A stretch of DNA of 35,059 nt from an uncultured virus (IMG/VR IMGVR_UViG_3300047312_000104) (lineage: Duplodnaviria; Heunggongvirae; Uroviricota; Caudoviricetes): the IMG/VR virus record IMGVR_UViG_3300047312_000104. One strand, written 5' to 3'. Both the position numbers and the translations under genes were made by a program. Shown piece after piece: positions 15,276 through 24,399 of the stretch (position 1 is its first letter; every line of letters begins with the position of its first letter). Under the pieces are notes generated by a model that worked only from the letters and a program-made list of their open reading frames with translations, searched no databases and had not been told where the DNA came from.

Positions 15276-17459
15276 TTACAACTCGCAACCGCGGCCCCCG
15301 CATGCCACGGTCTCACTGAGTTTAGTCGAATCTGTGCTTTCGGGCATGAGCTTGTAGTCAACCGGAATAGCTTCTCGCTGGAGGTCACACCAAAGCTTTA
15401 AGCAGCTAGTGCGCTTTAGGCAATAGGTGGTTCTCTTGAGATCTCCGGCGAAGTACCGGGCGGCAAACTGCTTAGCCCTCCTGACCCAGTCAGCCTGGTA
15501 GTCGTTCGAGGGCAGCTTGCCGGTCCCCATAGCGGTCGAACAGGCGGCCCAGAGATCGTTTGAAAAGGCGTGTTGGCCATCAACGATCAACCCTGAGGCC
15601 ATCATGGCCCCTGCCCCGTACTCGGCTATGATCTCCTCCGCGGTCCACACGGCACAGAACGGTGCCTGGACGTAATCCAAGTCTCCCCCGTAGGGCAAGA
15701 TCGAGATCCCCGCGAATGACTCGCGGTTGTCGTAAATGAAGTCAGTGACGGGCCCCCACTCGTGGTCCCTCACGGTGATGGTGTTCGACACGTTGTGGCG
15801 AAGCCATGGCTGGGCACACCGGTCAGGGTTACGCCCATACGCCACCCAATTGTCCTGGGTGAGCTTGACGTGCCGGAGAAGCTCCATGGCGTTGACCTTC
15901 GTGTGGGTCAGGGCCTCCTTGGGGACCTCGACGCAGAACGTCAGGACCGCGTCGGTCCCGTTGGGGTTCCAGAAGGAGTCTTCAACGGCACGCGGGTTGT
16001 GAGCCTCAAAGTACTGGTAAGGGATCTCAAGCTTGTTGGCCTGGACCCTCCGGAAGTACCTGGAGGCGTGGTGGGGGTGAATCCCTGAGGCCGTCCCGAG
16101 CATGCACGAGGTGGTCCCGGCCGGCTTCACGCACGTCGCCCTGGCGGTCGAGTTGATCCCGATCTTCTTCGCTACCTTGGCGTTCACCTCAAGGATCAGC
16201 TGGGCCATGGCCCGTTGGAGCCCCGGGTCGAAAGCGATCTTGGGGTTGTCCATCATGCCGGTCATGGAGACCCCCAGGAGAGCCTCACGACGGGCGATCT
16301 CCTCGCTGATGGGTCCCAGGTAGTCAAACCGGGTATAACCCGCCTGAAAGGTTCCCAGGATGGCTGCGGCCTTACAGGCTCGGGCAAACTCCTCTGGGGT
16401 CCGACAGGCCTTGACGTTGATCTCACAGAGGTTGCAGAAGGCCCACCCGGAGCGCCCGTGCTCGTCCTGGGGGTAGAGGCCAATCTCGACACATGGGTTG
16501 TAGAGGATCTCGGTGGAGTCGGCCCAGACGAACCCTGGTTCCCCGCACTCCTTGACGTACTTCATGAAGGACCCGAATTCCTCCCTGGAAGTCTGGGAGC
16601 GGAGCAGCATCGCGGAGTTGTTCGAACGACCCCTCTGGGGATTCTCGTTAAACCACTTACCCGTCTTGGCTTCGATCATCAACCGGTCGTCAGGGGAGAA
16701 TACACAGATGGTGGCGGAGCGCCGGACCCCTCCTGACAGCACTGCATCGCTGGCGTGCATGATGATGTCGTAACAGTCGATCGAGCGGAGTCTTGTCTGT
16801 CTAGCCTCACTACTGACGCAGCGGTCCAGAAGGGCCTCGATACGGTCCAGGGATGACCGGAGGGGGTCTGGTCCTGGGGCCTTGCCTGACCCGCTAGAGA
16901 GCGACGAGCCTTTGGGGCGAATGAGAGAGAAGTCGAACCGGACTCTGCGGCCGATCCAAGTACTGAACTCAGGAGAGGCGATCCCGTAGGTGGCCAGGAG
17001 GACCCCCAGGGCGTCGGCCCAACCTTCGATCGTATCAGGGATCTCGAAGATGCTCACGGGAGCGTCGTGGACGAAGTTTAAGTCTGGTAGCTTGGCCACG
17101 TGGTGACGTTGGACCGAAAACCCTACCCCGGAGCCGCAGAGGAGCAGCCAGAGGGCTTCTTGGAAGAAGCGGGGGCGGTCACAGTAGCTGGTGGTGCAGT
17201 TGTAGAGACGGGCGTGCTTGCGCCGGATAGGCTCGCCGCCGAATTGAAGGGCCCGCTGGGAGCCTAGGACAAGCCGGTCGAGCGCTGCCGCTTTGGCAAA
17301 CGCAATCTCGTCCGCGACAGGACAATCCCGGTACGTCTCGGCGTGCATTTGAAAAACGCGTTCAACGGCTTCTTCGTAAGTTTCTCGACGCCCAATAGCT
17401 TCGTTCCAACGGGAATATTTCGTGCAGAAGGTATAGCTTTGGAGCTGTTCGAGAGTCAT
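15276..17459 (-). CDS. nrdJ: ribonucleotide reductase class II, adenosylcobalamin-dependent
   Basis: YNC, GVGFS, SGGVRRSA, NPCVEI radical Cys, FCNLCE, TCVKPAGT, C-terminal CGGRGC redox pair; no NrdB in window; start could be GTG 17534. Confidence 0.9.
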   Translation of the reverse strand: MTLEQLQSYTFCTKYSRWNEAIGRRETYEEAVERVFQMHAETYRDCPVADEIAFAKAAALDRLVLGSQRALQFGGEPIRRKHARLYNCTTSYCDRPRFFQEALWLLLCGSGVGFSVQRHHVAKLPDLNFVHDAPVSIFEIPDTIEGWADALGVLLATYGIASPEFSTWIGRRVRFDFSLIRPKGSSLSSGSGKAPGPDPLRSSLDRIEALLDRCVSSEARQTRLRSIDCYDIIMHASDAVLSGGVRRSATICVFSPDDRLMIEAKTGKWFNENPQRGRSNNSAMLLRSQTSREEFGSFMKYVKECGEPGFVWADSTEILYNPCVEIGLYPQDEHGRSGWAFCNLCEINVKACRTPEEFARACKAAAILGTFQAGYTRFDYLGPISEEIARREALLGVSMTGMMDNPKIAFDPGLQRAMAQLILEVNAKVAKKIGINSTARATCVKPAGTTSCMLGTASGIHPHHASRYFRRVQANKLEIPYQYFEAHNPRAVEDSFWNPNGTDAVLTFCVEVPKEALTHTKVNAMELLRHVKLTQDNWVAYGRNPDRCAQPWLRHNVSNTITVRDHEWGPVTDFIYDNRESFAGISILPYGGDLDYVQAPFCAVWTAEEIIAEYGAGAMMASGLIVDGQHAFSNDLWAACSTAMGTGKLPSNDYQADWVRRAKQFAARYFAGDLKRTTYCLKRTSCLKLWCDLQREAIPVDYKLMPESTDSTKLSETVACGGRGCEL

Positions 17460-17538
17460 GGGGACCGCTTTACAAACTGGGGAGGACCCATTGATAGCCA
17501 GAGGGTCTCTCGGGTCAAGCGTATGGTTTCGCACTAGG

Positions 17539-17611
17539 TCTGAACCGAACCCTTGACGTCGTGATCACATCAAATAAATCTGCGTCACGACTATCAAGGG
17601 TTTGGGTCAGA
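17539..17611. repeat. long imperfect inverted repeat spanning helicase-nrdJ intergenic region
   Basis: Arms TCTGAACCGAACCCTTGACGTCGTGA and TCACGACTATCAAGGGTTTGGGTCAGA around a 20-nt loop. Confidence 0.85.
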
Positions 17612-18932
17612 GCAACCCTTTGACCTTAGGCGAACAATAGACAGCATCGTCGGTCCAATTGGCTATCTTGAGTCCATCCAGGGTTCTGGTACGCGACAAG
17701 GCCACATATGCTAGACCGTGTTTTGATTCCTGGGTTGGGAATCGCATGATCGAACCCATGTCTATGAACGCTCGGTCGACCGTCATCCCCTGACTCTTAT
17801 GGATCGAAAGCGCCCACCCGAGCTTCAGTGGAAACCCCATGAGCTCGAACAGAGGTTCCCCGTGGGGGTCAAGAACTGGGCGGACAACGCGCGCTACCGG
17901 CACCTCGAACCCAGCTCGGTCTAGCTTGACCCAGATTGCCTCGATGTCTCCAGCTTGTACCTGAGGGGCACCAGACCAGATGTCGACCGGTATCTCGGAT
18001 ACCATGCGACCATCGAACAGCAACATGTCGGTAACGATCCCCTGATCACCGTTAACCCAGGCCTCTTGCTGGTCGTTGACGGTCATGAGGATGCGGGCTC
18101 CGATCCGCATAGGTTCCTGATGGGCCAACCTGGAATGCATTAGCGCTGCTTCGATCTGTTCATTATCGAACTCCCCTTCGACCTTTCGCAACGCCGGGCT
18201 CCTGACGTCCCGGAACCGCCCCATGAGGTTGCAGATGATCCCTAGAGTCTTGAAGCCATATAACCTACTATGGTTATATTGATCAGTCTCCCGGTTGGTG
18301 GCGAATAGACGCAAGAACCTGTCGTCCTCGGGCGGTCGCGTGACCGCACAATAGGCGAACAGTTGCTTAGTTTCATCATCCACTACCCCTTCCCGGATCT
18401 TGTTAAGGACCCCCAGGAAGGCCTTGTCGGCCTGACGATGAGATTCGGTAAGACGAATCAACTTGGCACCCTTGATAAGATCTGAGTCGATGGCCCACTC
18501 ATCCTTGACGGGGCTCGCCTGGGCCCAATCTCCAACCAGGATCAGCTGCTTCCTGTACGCCTTGGCGATCTTACCCAGCAGAGCTGCCATCTTGGCCCCC
18601 ACCATGGAGGACTCGTCGATGACGATCCGGTCAGGCAACCGAAGCATCTCCTCCGCCAGCTTAGTTTCGTTTGTGATCTTCCAGGGGTCACGGCGCATCC
18701 GGAACACTCGATCGACGGTCGTGCCACCAATGTGGAGAGCCGCCCTGGCGGTCGTGGCGCACAGCACCACAGGGACCTGGGCAGCCAAATGGTTCACCAC
18801 AGTCGTCTTACCCGACCCAGCTTTACCCGTCAGGATGATGTGCCCGCGAGTACTTAAAATTTCCTTAAGGGCTGCCTCCTGCTCCCCCGACAACTGTACT
18901 GTCGGGGGAGCCCTGAGGCCCTGTTGGTTCAC
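17607..18932 (-). CDS. Pif1/RecD-like SF1B DNA helicase
   Basis: TGKAGSGKT, ATTARAA, IDESSM, GDWAQ, HRQ, NGDQG, ALSIHKSQGMT, YVALSR. Confidence 0.93.
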   Translation of the reverse strand: MNQQGLRAPPTVQLSGEQEAALKEILSTRGHIILTGKAGSGKTTVVNHLAAQVPVVLCATTARAALHIGGTTVDRVFRMRRDPWKITNETKLAEEMLRLPDRIVIDESSMVGAKMAALLGKIAKAYRKQLILVGDWAQASPVKDEWAIDSDLIKGAKLIRLTESHRQADKAFLGVLNKIREGVVDDETKQLFAYCAVTRPPEDDRFLRLFATNRETDQYNHSRLYGFKTLGIICNLMGRFRDVRSPALRKVEGEFDNEQIEAALMHSRLAHQEPMRIGARILMTVNDQQEAWVNGDQGIVTDMLLFDGRMVSEIPVDIWSGAPQVQAGDIEAIWVKLDRAGFEVPVARVVRPVLDPHGEPLFELMGFPLKLGWALSIHKSQGMTVDRAFIDMGSIMRFPTQESKHGLAYVALSRTRTLDGLKIANWTDDAVYCSPKVKGLL

Positions 18933-19798
18933 GTCGATCCTTCACCGCGGTCATCATCGATCAAGAATCCCTCGGTGGGGAACTTGCACTGGCCACGGAA
19001 CAGGTCCAGGAGATCGTCCGGGAGCCCGTAGATTTTCGTTCGCAGCAGCACTTCCTTGACATGCGCGATGCTCATCCCCTTGGTCTGTTCGACCAACCCT
19101 TCGATCTCAGCAGTGGATGCCGTCTTCTTTACCACGCCAACGATGTAGTTCCGGCGAGCATCGTCCTGCGGGTACCCGATGGCCTTCACGACATCGAAAC
19201 GACTCGGACGGCTCTTGAGCTTCTCCGGGATACGCTTCAGGTGGTTGGTGGTGGCCAGGAACATGATGTGGTCGACCCTCTGGAGTCCATCCAGGAGGTT
19301 CACGATCTCGTTCTCGAACCGACCCATCCACGCGTCCAGCTCCTCCATGACGACCAGCACCGGGGTATCGGGCTGGACCTGGCGGAAGCTGTCCAGGGCC
19401 ATCTCGACCAGACCGGGGCTGGACATCTCCAGGGCGATCCCTCCGCGTCTCACCACGTCTGCAATGATTGCCCGGACGGTCGTGGTCTTGCCGGTCCCGG
19501 GGGGACCGTAGAGGAGCACACCGCGTTTATGGGGGAACCCGAACTCGGCATACTTGGTGGCGCTATTCCAGAACAAGTCCACATCCCACAGGATGGCGGT
19601 CTGGTCGATGTCGAGGGCCAGGATGGGGCTGTCCGGGAGGGCTTGCTTGACGAAGTACCAGCCCTGCATCGAAGTCTTCAGCTGGTACATCCCACCTGGG
19701 AGCTTGGGAAGCGCTTGGCGCTTCACGCGTGTTTCGAAAGTGCGACCGTCATCGGTCTCGAAGCAATCGATCGTCGGGTATTTTTCGTGATCGGTCAT
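18929..19798 (-). CDS. AAA+ ATPase
   Basis: GVLLYGPPGTGKT, VVMEELD, LLDG, ATTN, RPSRFD arginine finger. Confidence 0.93.
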   Translation of the reverse strand: MTDHEKYPTIDCFETDDGRTFETRVKRQALPKLPGGMYQLKTSMQGWYFVKQALPDSPILALDIDQTAILWDVDLFWNSATKYAEFGFPHKRGVLLYGPPGTGKTTTVRAIIADVVRRGGIALEMSSPGLVEMALDSFRQVQPDTPVLVVMEELDAWMGRFENEIVNLLDGLQRVDHIMFLATTNHLKRIPEKLKSRPSRFDVVKAIGYPQDDARRNYIVGVVKKTASTAEIEGLVEQTKGMSIAHVKEVLLRTKIYGLPDDLLDLFRGQCKFPTEGFLIDDDRGEGST

Positions 19799-19980
19799 GG
19801 GGCACCTGTCAGGGGGTTGATGGGAGGGGAAAGGATGGCGCGCAGCTCGTCAACCACTCGATATTCCGGCTCGGTGCCGGTGCCTACGCCATATTCATTT
19901 TCGGTTATACGTATCAAACAGTTCACCACATCGACGCAATCCACCAATAGCCGGCGTGGCACCAGAACGTTATCGTCCAC
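19795..19980 (-). CDS. hypothetical protein
   Basis: 61 aa ORF, ATGA overlap downstream. Confidence 0.6.
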   Translation of the reverse strand: MDDNVLVPRRLLVDCVDVVNCLIRITENEYGVGTGTEPEYRVVDELRAILSPPINPLTGAP

Positions 19981-19983
19981 AGG

Positions 19984-20166
19984 TCACCAGTGTTTCATGA
20001 TGAAGTGAAAGGCGGCGTAGACCAGGAAAGCCGAGCCAACGATACAGCCGATGCCAAAGAGGCAACTGAGGCAAAACATGAACTTGAACCACCATGGGAC
20101 CCCGGAGACTCCCCGGGTCATCATGGCGTCCTTCATGCGCTTAACTTCGGAAGGTCGTCTAACCAT
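19984..20166 (-). CDS. small membrane protein
   Basis: 60 aa, one long hydrophobic segment, GAGGA upstream. Confidence 0.7.
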   Translation of the reverse strand: MVRRPSEVKRMKDAMMTRGVSGVPWWFKFMFCLSCLFGIGCIVGSAFLVYAAFHFIMKHW

Positions 20167-20173
20167 ATAGTCC

Positions 20174-21004
20174 TCAGGTTGAAGGGTTGATTTGTTCGAT
20201 GAAGCGAGTGACCTCTTTGCCGCGCCCAGCCGCCATCGCGGTCATGGTACGGTCAAAGGTCGCGCCGCGCCAGTCTTGGGCGACGAGCCGCTGGTTCCAC
20301 AGAGTCCGGTAGAGGAGCCCGTAGGTGTTGAGTACATCACAGGTACAGTAATCGGCTATCTCTGCCCCGCCCCCAACTCGCTCCAGCATGGATTTGACAT
20401 CATCTCCGTGTGAATCCAGTTTGCCGGGCAATCCGGCGAGTTTGGCCCACCAGTCGAGCGACCCGCCCACCTTAGTCTTACCAGCCAGATGGCTGTAAAG
20501 ATCGATATGGACCTTCGTGGCCCCCACCCCGCGCGGGTCAGTCCAGAACCGGTTCTCTTCTGGGAACCAGACCCGCATGTCGGTGCCGTGCTCTAGCCCG
20601 CACACCTCCATGAGGGGGAAGTCGAACCCAAGCCCGTTGAAGGTCACGGCAGCGGCCCCGCGGTCTCGGATCCCCCAGGTGACCAATGACCAGAAGGCCT
20701 CGGTGATGGCCTTAACGTCGGGAGTGCCCCCTGGGGTCCTCTGGTCGAGTATCCAGTGACCTTGGTATTCCATCTGACGGTCGACCAGTAGGGCGACGAT
20801 CGTATTGGGGGATTGGTACCTCGCAGGGATGAAACAATCGACCGTAGGGGGTGCCAAGGGGTCCTTCAGGACTACCTTGCAGATCTCTTCTAGGATCTGC
20901 CGCATCACCTCATCCTCAGTACCGTTGAACCTACCCCGCCAGGGGTAGGTTCTCAGGAGACGCTGTCGATCTGTGTTGGATTCTATGTCAACGATCAGGT
21001 ACAT
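20174..21004 (-). CDS. PolB-related stand-alone 3'-5' exonuclease (DEDDy)
   Basis: ExoI DIES, ExoII FNGLGFDFP, HIDL, GLPGK, ExoIII YCTCDV; ATG 21004 with AAGGA SD. Confidence 0.9.
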   Translation of the reverse strand: MYLIVDIESNTDRQRLLRTYPWRGRFNGTEDEVMRQILEEICKVVLKDPLAPPTVDCFIPARYQSPNTIVALLVDRQMEYQGHWILDQRTPGGTPDVKAITEAFWSLVTWGIRDRGAAAVTFNGLGFDFPLMEVCGLEHGTDMRVWFPEENRFWTDPRGVGATKVHIDLYSHLAGKTKVGGSLDWWAKLAGLPGKLDSHGDDVKSMLERVGGGAEIADYCTCDVLNTYGLLYRTLWNQRLVAQDWRGATFDRTMTAMAAGRGKEVTRFIEQINPST

Positions 21005-21012
21005 CTTTGTCC

Positions 21013-21321
21013 TTATGGGATATGGCTCAACCCTTGGTCGCACTGATGGATCATCCGATCAATCATTTTTTGTACAGACAATGGGTCGGCTGAGTCGAGC
21101 GGAATAGACCGAAAAGCAGTTCTTCGCAAGCCATCCGCTAACGTAAAACGATATCGGACAACCAGTTGGCCGCTGTCCTCGTACTCGAAATCAGAAAAGA
21201 TTGAAACTTTTCCGTACGGTAACGAGTCCTGGACACCGTGACCACCTGATTGGACGGCTGCGATGATTTCGTCTAATTTCATGTCATCCATCTTGTAGTC
21301 CTTCCAACTTGGCTTGTACAA
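21013..21321 (-). CDS. hypothetical protein
   Basis: 102 aa ORF; true start possibly ATG 21291. Confidence 0.65.
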   Translation of the reverse strand: MYKPSWKDYKMDDMKLDEIIAAVQSGGHGVQDSLPYGKVSIFSDFEYEDSGQLVVRYRFTLADGLRRTAFRSIPLDSADPLSVQKMIDRMIHQCDQGLSHIP

Positions 21322-21682
21322 ACACTTGAGCGGCTCGCCACACTTCCCCGACAGTCAGCTCGGAACCGGTTTTCAGAATCCCAGTTTCTGAGGTAGCGAG
21401 CATCTGACCATAACCCTCGTGGATCTCTCCATCCTGGGGGTCCTCTGAGAGCATATAGAACTCGCCTGACCGGATGGGCCGTTCGACCATGGACACAAGG
21501 TCCACCACGAGCCCGACCGGCAACCCTTCCATGATCCTCTGGTAGTTGAACCTCTCGGCCGACTTGTCAGGGATCAGGATATAGTGGGCTTCGGGGATGA
21601 TGGATCTGAATAGCGCTAACGCGATTGCCTGTTCGGTATCGCGTATGAACCGAACCATGCTTTGTTGTTCATCTGGTGACAC
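21284..21682 (-). CDS. hypothetical protein
   Basis: 132 aa ORF overlapping ruvB end. Confidence 0.7.
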   Translation of the reverse strand: MSPDEQQSMVRFIRDTEQAIALALFRSIIPEAHYILIPDKSAERFNYQRIMEGLPVGLVVDLVSMVERPIRSGEFYMLSEDPQDGEIHEGYGQMLATSETGILKTGSELTVGEVWRAAQVFVQAKLEGLQDG

Positions 21683-22652
21683 GAAACCCCCCTGCTTCCT
21701 TTAGTGCCTTTAACCCGGCGTCAGTGACCTTGCGGCCCTTGGAGGTTATGGCGATGTATCCCTGCTGGAGGAGCCAGGGTTCGTACACGAGTTCAACCGT
21801 ATCCTGTTCTTCGTCCAACATGCGGCTGAGGGACCCCAGCCCAACGGTACCCTCGTCGGAGCGGTGCAGCTGATTCAAAAGGGTCCGCTCGGCCTTGCTC
21901 AGACCATTCTTGGAGAACCCTAGGCGATCCAGAGTGGCTTCCACGTCCTTGTTCTCTACACGGAATGGCGGCGTGGGCCCACCCGACACTACCACGGTGT
22001 CGACCAAGGCATCGATGAGCATCACAGCTATCCGGGCGGTGCCGTGACATGCCTTCACGAGTGACTGCATCCGCGACCTGGTGACCTGTCTTAAATCGAC
22101 CTGTTGGTTGAAGCCCGTCCACACCAGTACCGTCTCCATATCTCGATCACTATAGAGGACGAGTTTGACGGAGTGCTTGAACCGGTCCCTCAGGGGATCT
22201 GGAAGCAGGCCTTCGCGAGTGGTAGCACCAATGATCGTGAAGGCCGGTAGGTCTACCACCATCGCTTGACGGTTACGCTCATCACCCGTCAGGATGGTGA
22301 GCTTGCGGTCTTCCATCACGCTATAGAGCTGCTCACAGAACTGCTTTGGGAGCCTGTGGATTTCATCCAGGAACAGTATCCCTCCCTCCTCCATCATCAG
22401 GAGTGTGGGGAGGAGATCTTGCGGTTCCTCGACGGCGGCACAGTTGACCGTCCTGGTCTTACTTGTCGCGTTCATCTCAGTTGGGAGGACATGACCCCCC
22501 AGGGTCGATTTGCCCAACCCATGGGGGCCGGAGAGCAACACGTGCCCCAGCGGCCTCCCCAGCTTACGGGCGGCTTCAACCGGTACCGACAGCTGTTTGA
22601 CGGCCTGGGGTTGCCCCATGAACTCGCCAAAATGGGTTGGACGAATCATCAC
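21669..22652 (-). CDS. ruvB: Holliday junction branch migration ATPase RuvB
   Basis: IRP..F.EFMGQ, HVLLSGPHGLGKST, LFLDEIHRL, LYSVMED, GATTREGLL..PLRDRF, YEPWLLQQG. Confidence 0.95.
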   Translation of the reverse strand: MMIRPTHFGEFMGQPQAVKQLSVPVEAARKLGRPLGHVLLSGPHGLGKSTLGGHVLPTEMNATSKTRTVNCAAVEEPQDLLPTLLMMEEGGILFLDEIHRLPKQFCEQLYSVMEDRKLTILTGDERNRQAMVVDLPAFTIIGATTREGLLPDPLRDRFKHSVKLVLYSDRDMETVLVWTGFNQQVDLRQVTRSRMQSLVKACHGTARIAVMLIDALVDTVVVSGGPTPPFRVENKDVEATLDRLGFSKNGLSKAERTLLNQLHRSDEGTVGLGSLSRMLDEEQDTVELVYEPWLLQQGYIAITSKGRKVTDAGLKALKEAGGFRVTR

Positions 22653-22655
22653 GGG

Positions 22656-23087
22656 TTAGCCGTTCTCGACAGGACAGTCATGGACCGACACCTTGACCTC
22701 TGAGAGGGCCCAGAAGGCGGTGGTGATCTTGTCGAAGCCCGCATGGGCACCAGGGGCGAGGTTGACCTCGTTGCAGTAGTGCCAGCCATCGCCCGACACC
22801 TCGAAGCAGAGGGAGACGTGATGGGTGGTCAGGTTGGTCACCACCAGATCCGTGTAGGCACCGTGGGGGCGGGTGTCCATGTAGGTCTGGTGATCCGTGA
22901 AGTCGAAGGAGGCGATGCCGTGCTTGGTATCGCGACCGTGCTCGCAGTGACCGTGGCCGGGACCGGCCCAGGTCTCCGACACCCGGATGGTGGTGGTGGA
23001 GAAGTGGTGGTGATGATGGTGCGAGCAGCCGGCGGAGAAACCGACCGGCAAGATGACGAAGAGAAGGAGGGCGAGGAGACGGAACAT
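22656..23087 (-). CDS. His-rich lipoprotein
   Basis: Hydrophobic signal with lipobox SAG-C, then SHHHHHH; strong G/C third-position bias. Confidence 0.8.
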   Translation of the reverse strand: MFRLLALLLFVILPVGFSAGCSHHHHHHFSTTTIRVSETWAGPGHGHCEHGRDTKHGIASFDFTDHQTYMDTRPHGAYTDLVVTNLTTHHVSLCFEVSGDGWHYCNEVNLAPGAHAGFDKITTAFWALSEVKVSVHDCPVENG

Positions 23088-23109
23088 GGGATTGTTTCCT
23101 GAAAGGGGG

Positions 23110-23631
23110 TTATGGGGTACCGTTGAGAAGCGTAATTACGGTACTGGGGCCATCGCCCAAGACCTGATCGTATGAACATTTGAAATGCGCTGGAGAGTCG
23201 TCAAATATAACCCCGAGACGCTTAAGCGCGTCCGGGATAGGCTTTGCGCCCCCCACCAGGTTGGCCCAGTCGAATTCACGTCTGGGGGCCTTGAAGACTC
23301 TGGTGATTGACCATTCGGAGAAGCCCAAGACGAGTCCGTTAAGATCGGCTCCCATCACAAGAGGCTCTAGGTGGTTCAACCACCCTTTAGCATCCTTGAC
23401 ATAAAACCAATGAGACTTGGCTTTGAAGTCGTTCTGACTACAAACCGAGCGAGTACATCGCAACACAACTGGAAAGTTGGGCAGTTGAGTAGGCTTGTTG
23501 ATATGTCGCGTCAGAGACTCTAGCGGGCGTACCCCCGCCTTCTTGCAGCATTTAACTATATGGCGACGAAAGGCTTGGATGTCCTTGTACTCACCCACGA
23601 CACCACATTCAGAGCACTTAACACTGAACAT
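23110..23631 (-). CDS. RusA-like Holliday junction resolvase with N-terminal Zn finger
   Basis: RREFDWANLVGGAKPIPDALKRLGVIFDDS aligns to RusA [26 protein letters not shown]; CSEC...H...C at N-terminus. Confidence 0.7.
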   Translation of the reverse strand: MFSVKCSECGVVGEYKDIQAFRRHIVKCCKKAGVRPLESLTRHINKPTQLPNFPVVLRCTRSVCSQNDFKAKSHWFYVKDAKGWLNHLEPLVMGADLNGLVLGFSEWSITRVFKAPRREFDWANLVGGAKPIPDALKRLGVIFDDSPAHFKCSYDQVLGDGPSTVITLLNGTP

Positions 23632-23633
23632 CG

Positions 23634-24059
23634 TTACTCCACGAACGCAAAGGCCCTAGGGATGCTGAAAACAGTTGCGACTAGAGGTTCGGGAGCAGAG
23701 AAGTCTTTCGCGAGCTCTTCTAATGTGTCGAGCCTGTATAGTGTGCCACCCACAACCATGCAGGTTCCGTCCAGGATGGCGACCATCGAGAATTTGTCTC
23801 TGCCGGAACGGAGGTTGGCCGGGTCTATCTTGGCCAACTCGATAACTGCGCGTTGGATAGCCGCCCGACTCACTTGAGCTTTGCTCATCAGGCTTGCCAC
23901 TAGGGCGATGGCCAGATGACGAGGCTGTAAAGTAGGGTAGGCCCCCATGGTAATGAGGGCCGCCCTGAACTCATCCGCCTGGTCCAACAACCCAACGCGT
24001 GTCAAAACACGCGTTACCGGGTCATTAGATTCGACGGGTGAACTTGAAGTCGAGCTCAT
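23634..24059 (-). CDS. hypothetical protein
   Basis: 141 aa ORF in tiled operon. Confidence 0.7.
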   Translation of the reverse strand: MSSTSSSPVESNDPVTRVLTRVGLLDQADEFRAALITMGAYPTLQPRHLAIALVASLMSKAQVSRAAIQRAVIELAKIDPANLRSGRDKFSMVAILDGTCMVVGGTLYRLDTLEELAKDFSAPEPLVATVFSIPRAFAFVE

Positions 24060-24342
24060 ACGCCACCGGGATCTTGGCGCCGTCCTTCATCTCGGTGACG
24101 GGACGGTACCCACCAGCACGGCTCACGCCATGGTCGGCAAGCCCGAAAGCGCTACAGCGCTTATAGACCTCGTCCTTGACGTTCGGGCTGGTGATACGCT
24201 GGATTGCCATCGCGGCCCCGTTGGCCTTCGTGGAATCCACCGCGACCCGGACGGTCACGATAGGGGAGCCCGAACTAGGACTGTCGTTGCGAAAGACAGT
24301 CGTGGCTGGGTCTAGCTGGATGGTTGCGAACTCTTCGGGCAT
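24025..24342 (-). CDS. hypothetical protein
   Basis: 105 aa ORF, GAGGA SD, strong codon bias. Confidence 0.8.
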   Translation of the reverse strand: MPEEFATIQLDPATTVFRNDSPSSGSPIVTVRVAVDSTKANGAAMAIQRITSPNVKDEVYKRCSAFGLADHGVSRAGGYRPVTEMKDGAKIPVAYELDFKFTRRI

Positions 24343-24365
24343 GGGATCCTCTGTATGTTGGGGTG

Positions 24366-24392
24366 ATGGTATGGACGGGGTTTGGGGCGCAA
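24366..24392 (-). promoter_or_regulatory. candidate promoter TTGCGC-N15-TACCAT
   Basis: In the 57-nt intergenic gap upstream of ATG 24342. Confidence 0.4.
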
Positions 24393-24399
24393 GGGCTTT

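Noticed and set aside
17460..17611. Cobalamin riboswitch or NrdR box upstream of nrdJ
   Set aside because: No B12-box or NrdR consensus recognised; the region is instead a simple long inverted repeat
19061..20008. 315 aa plus-strand ORF
   Set aside because: Antisense shadow of the AAA ATPase gene produced by strong codon bias; no recognisable motifs
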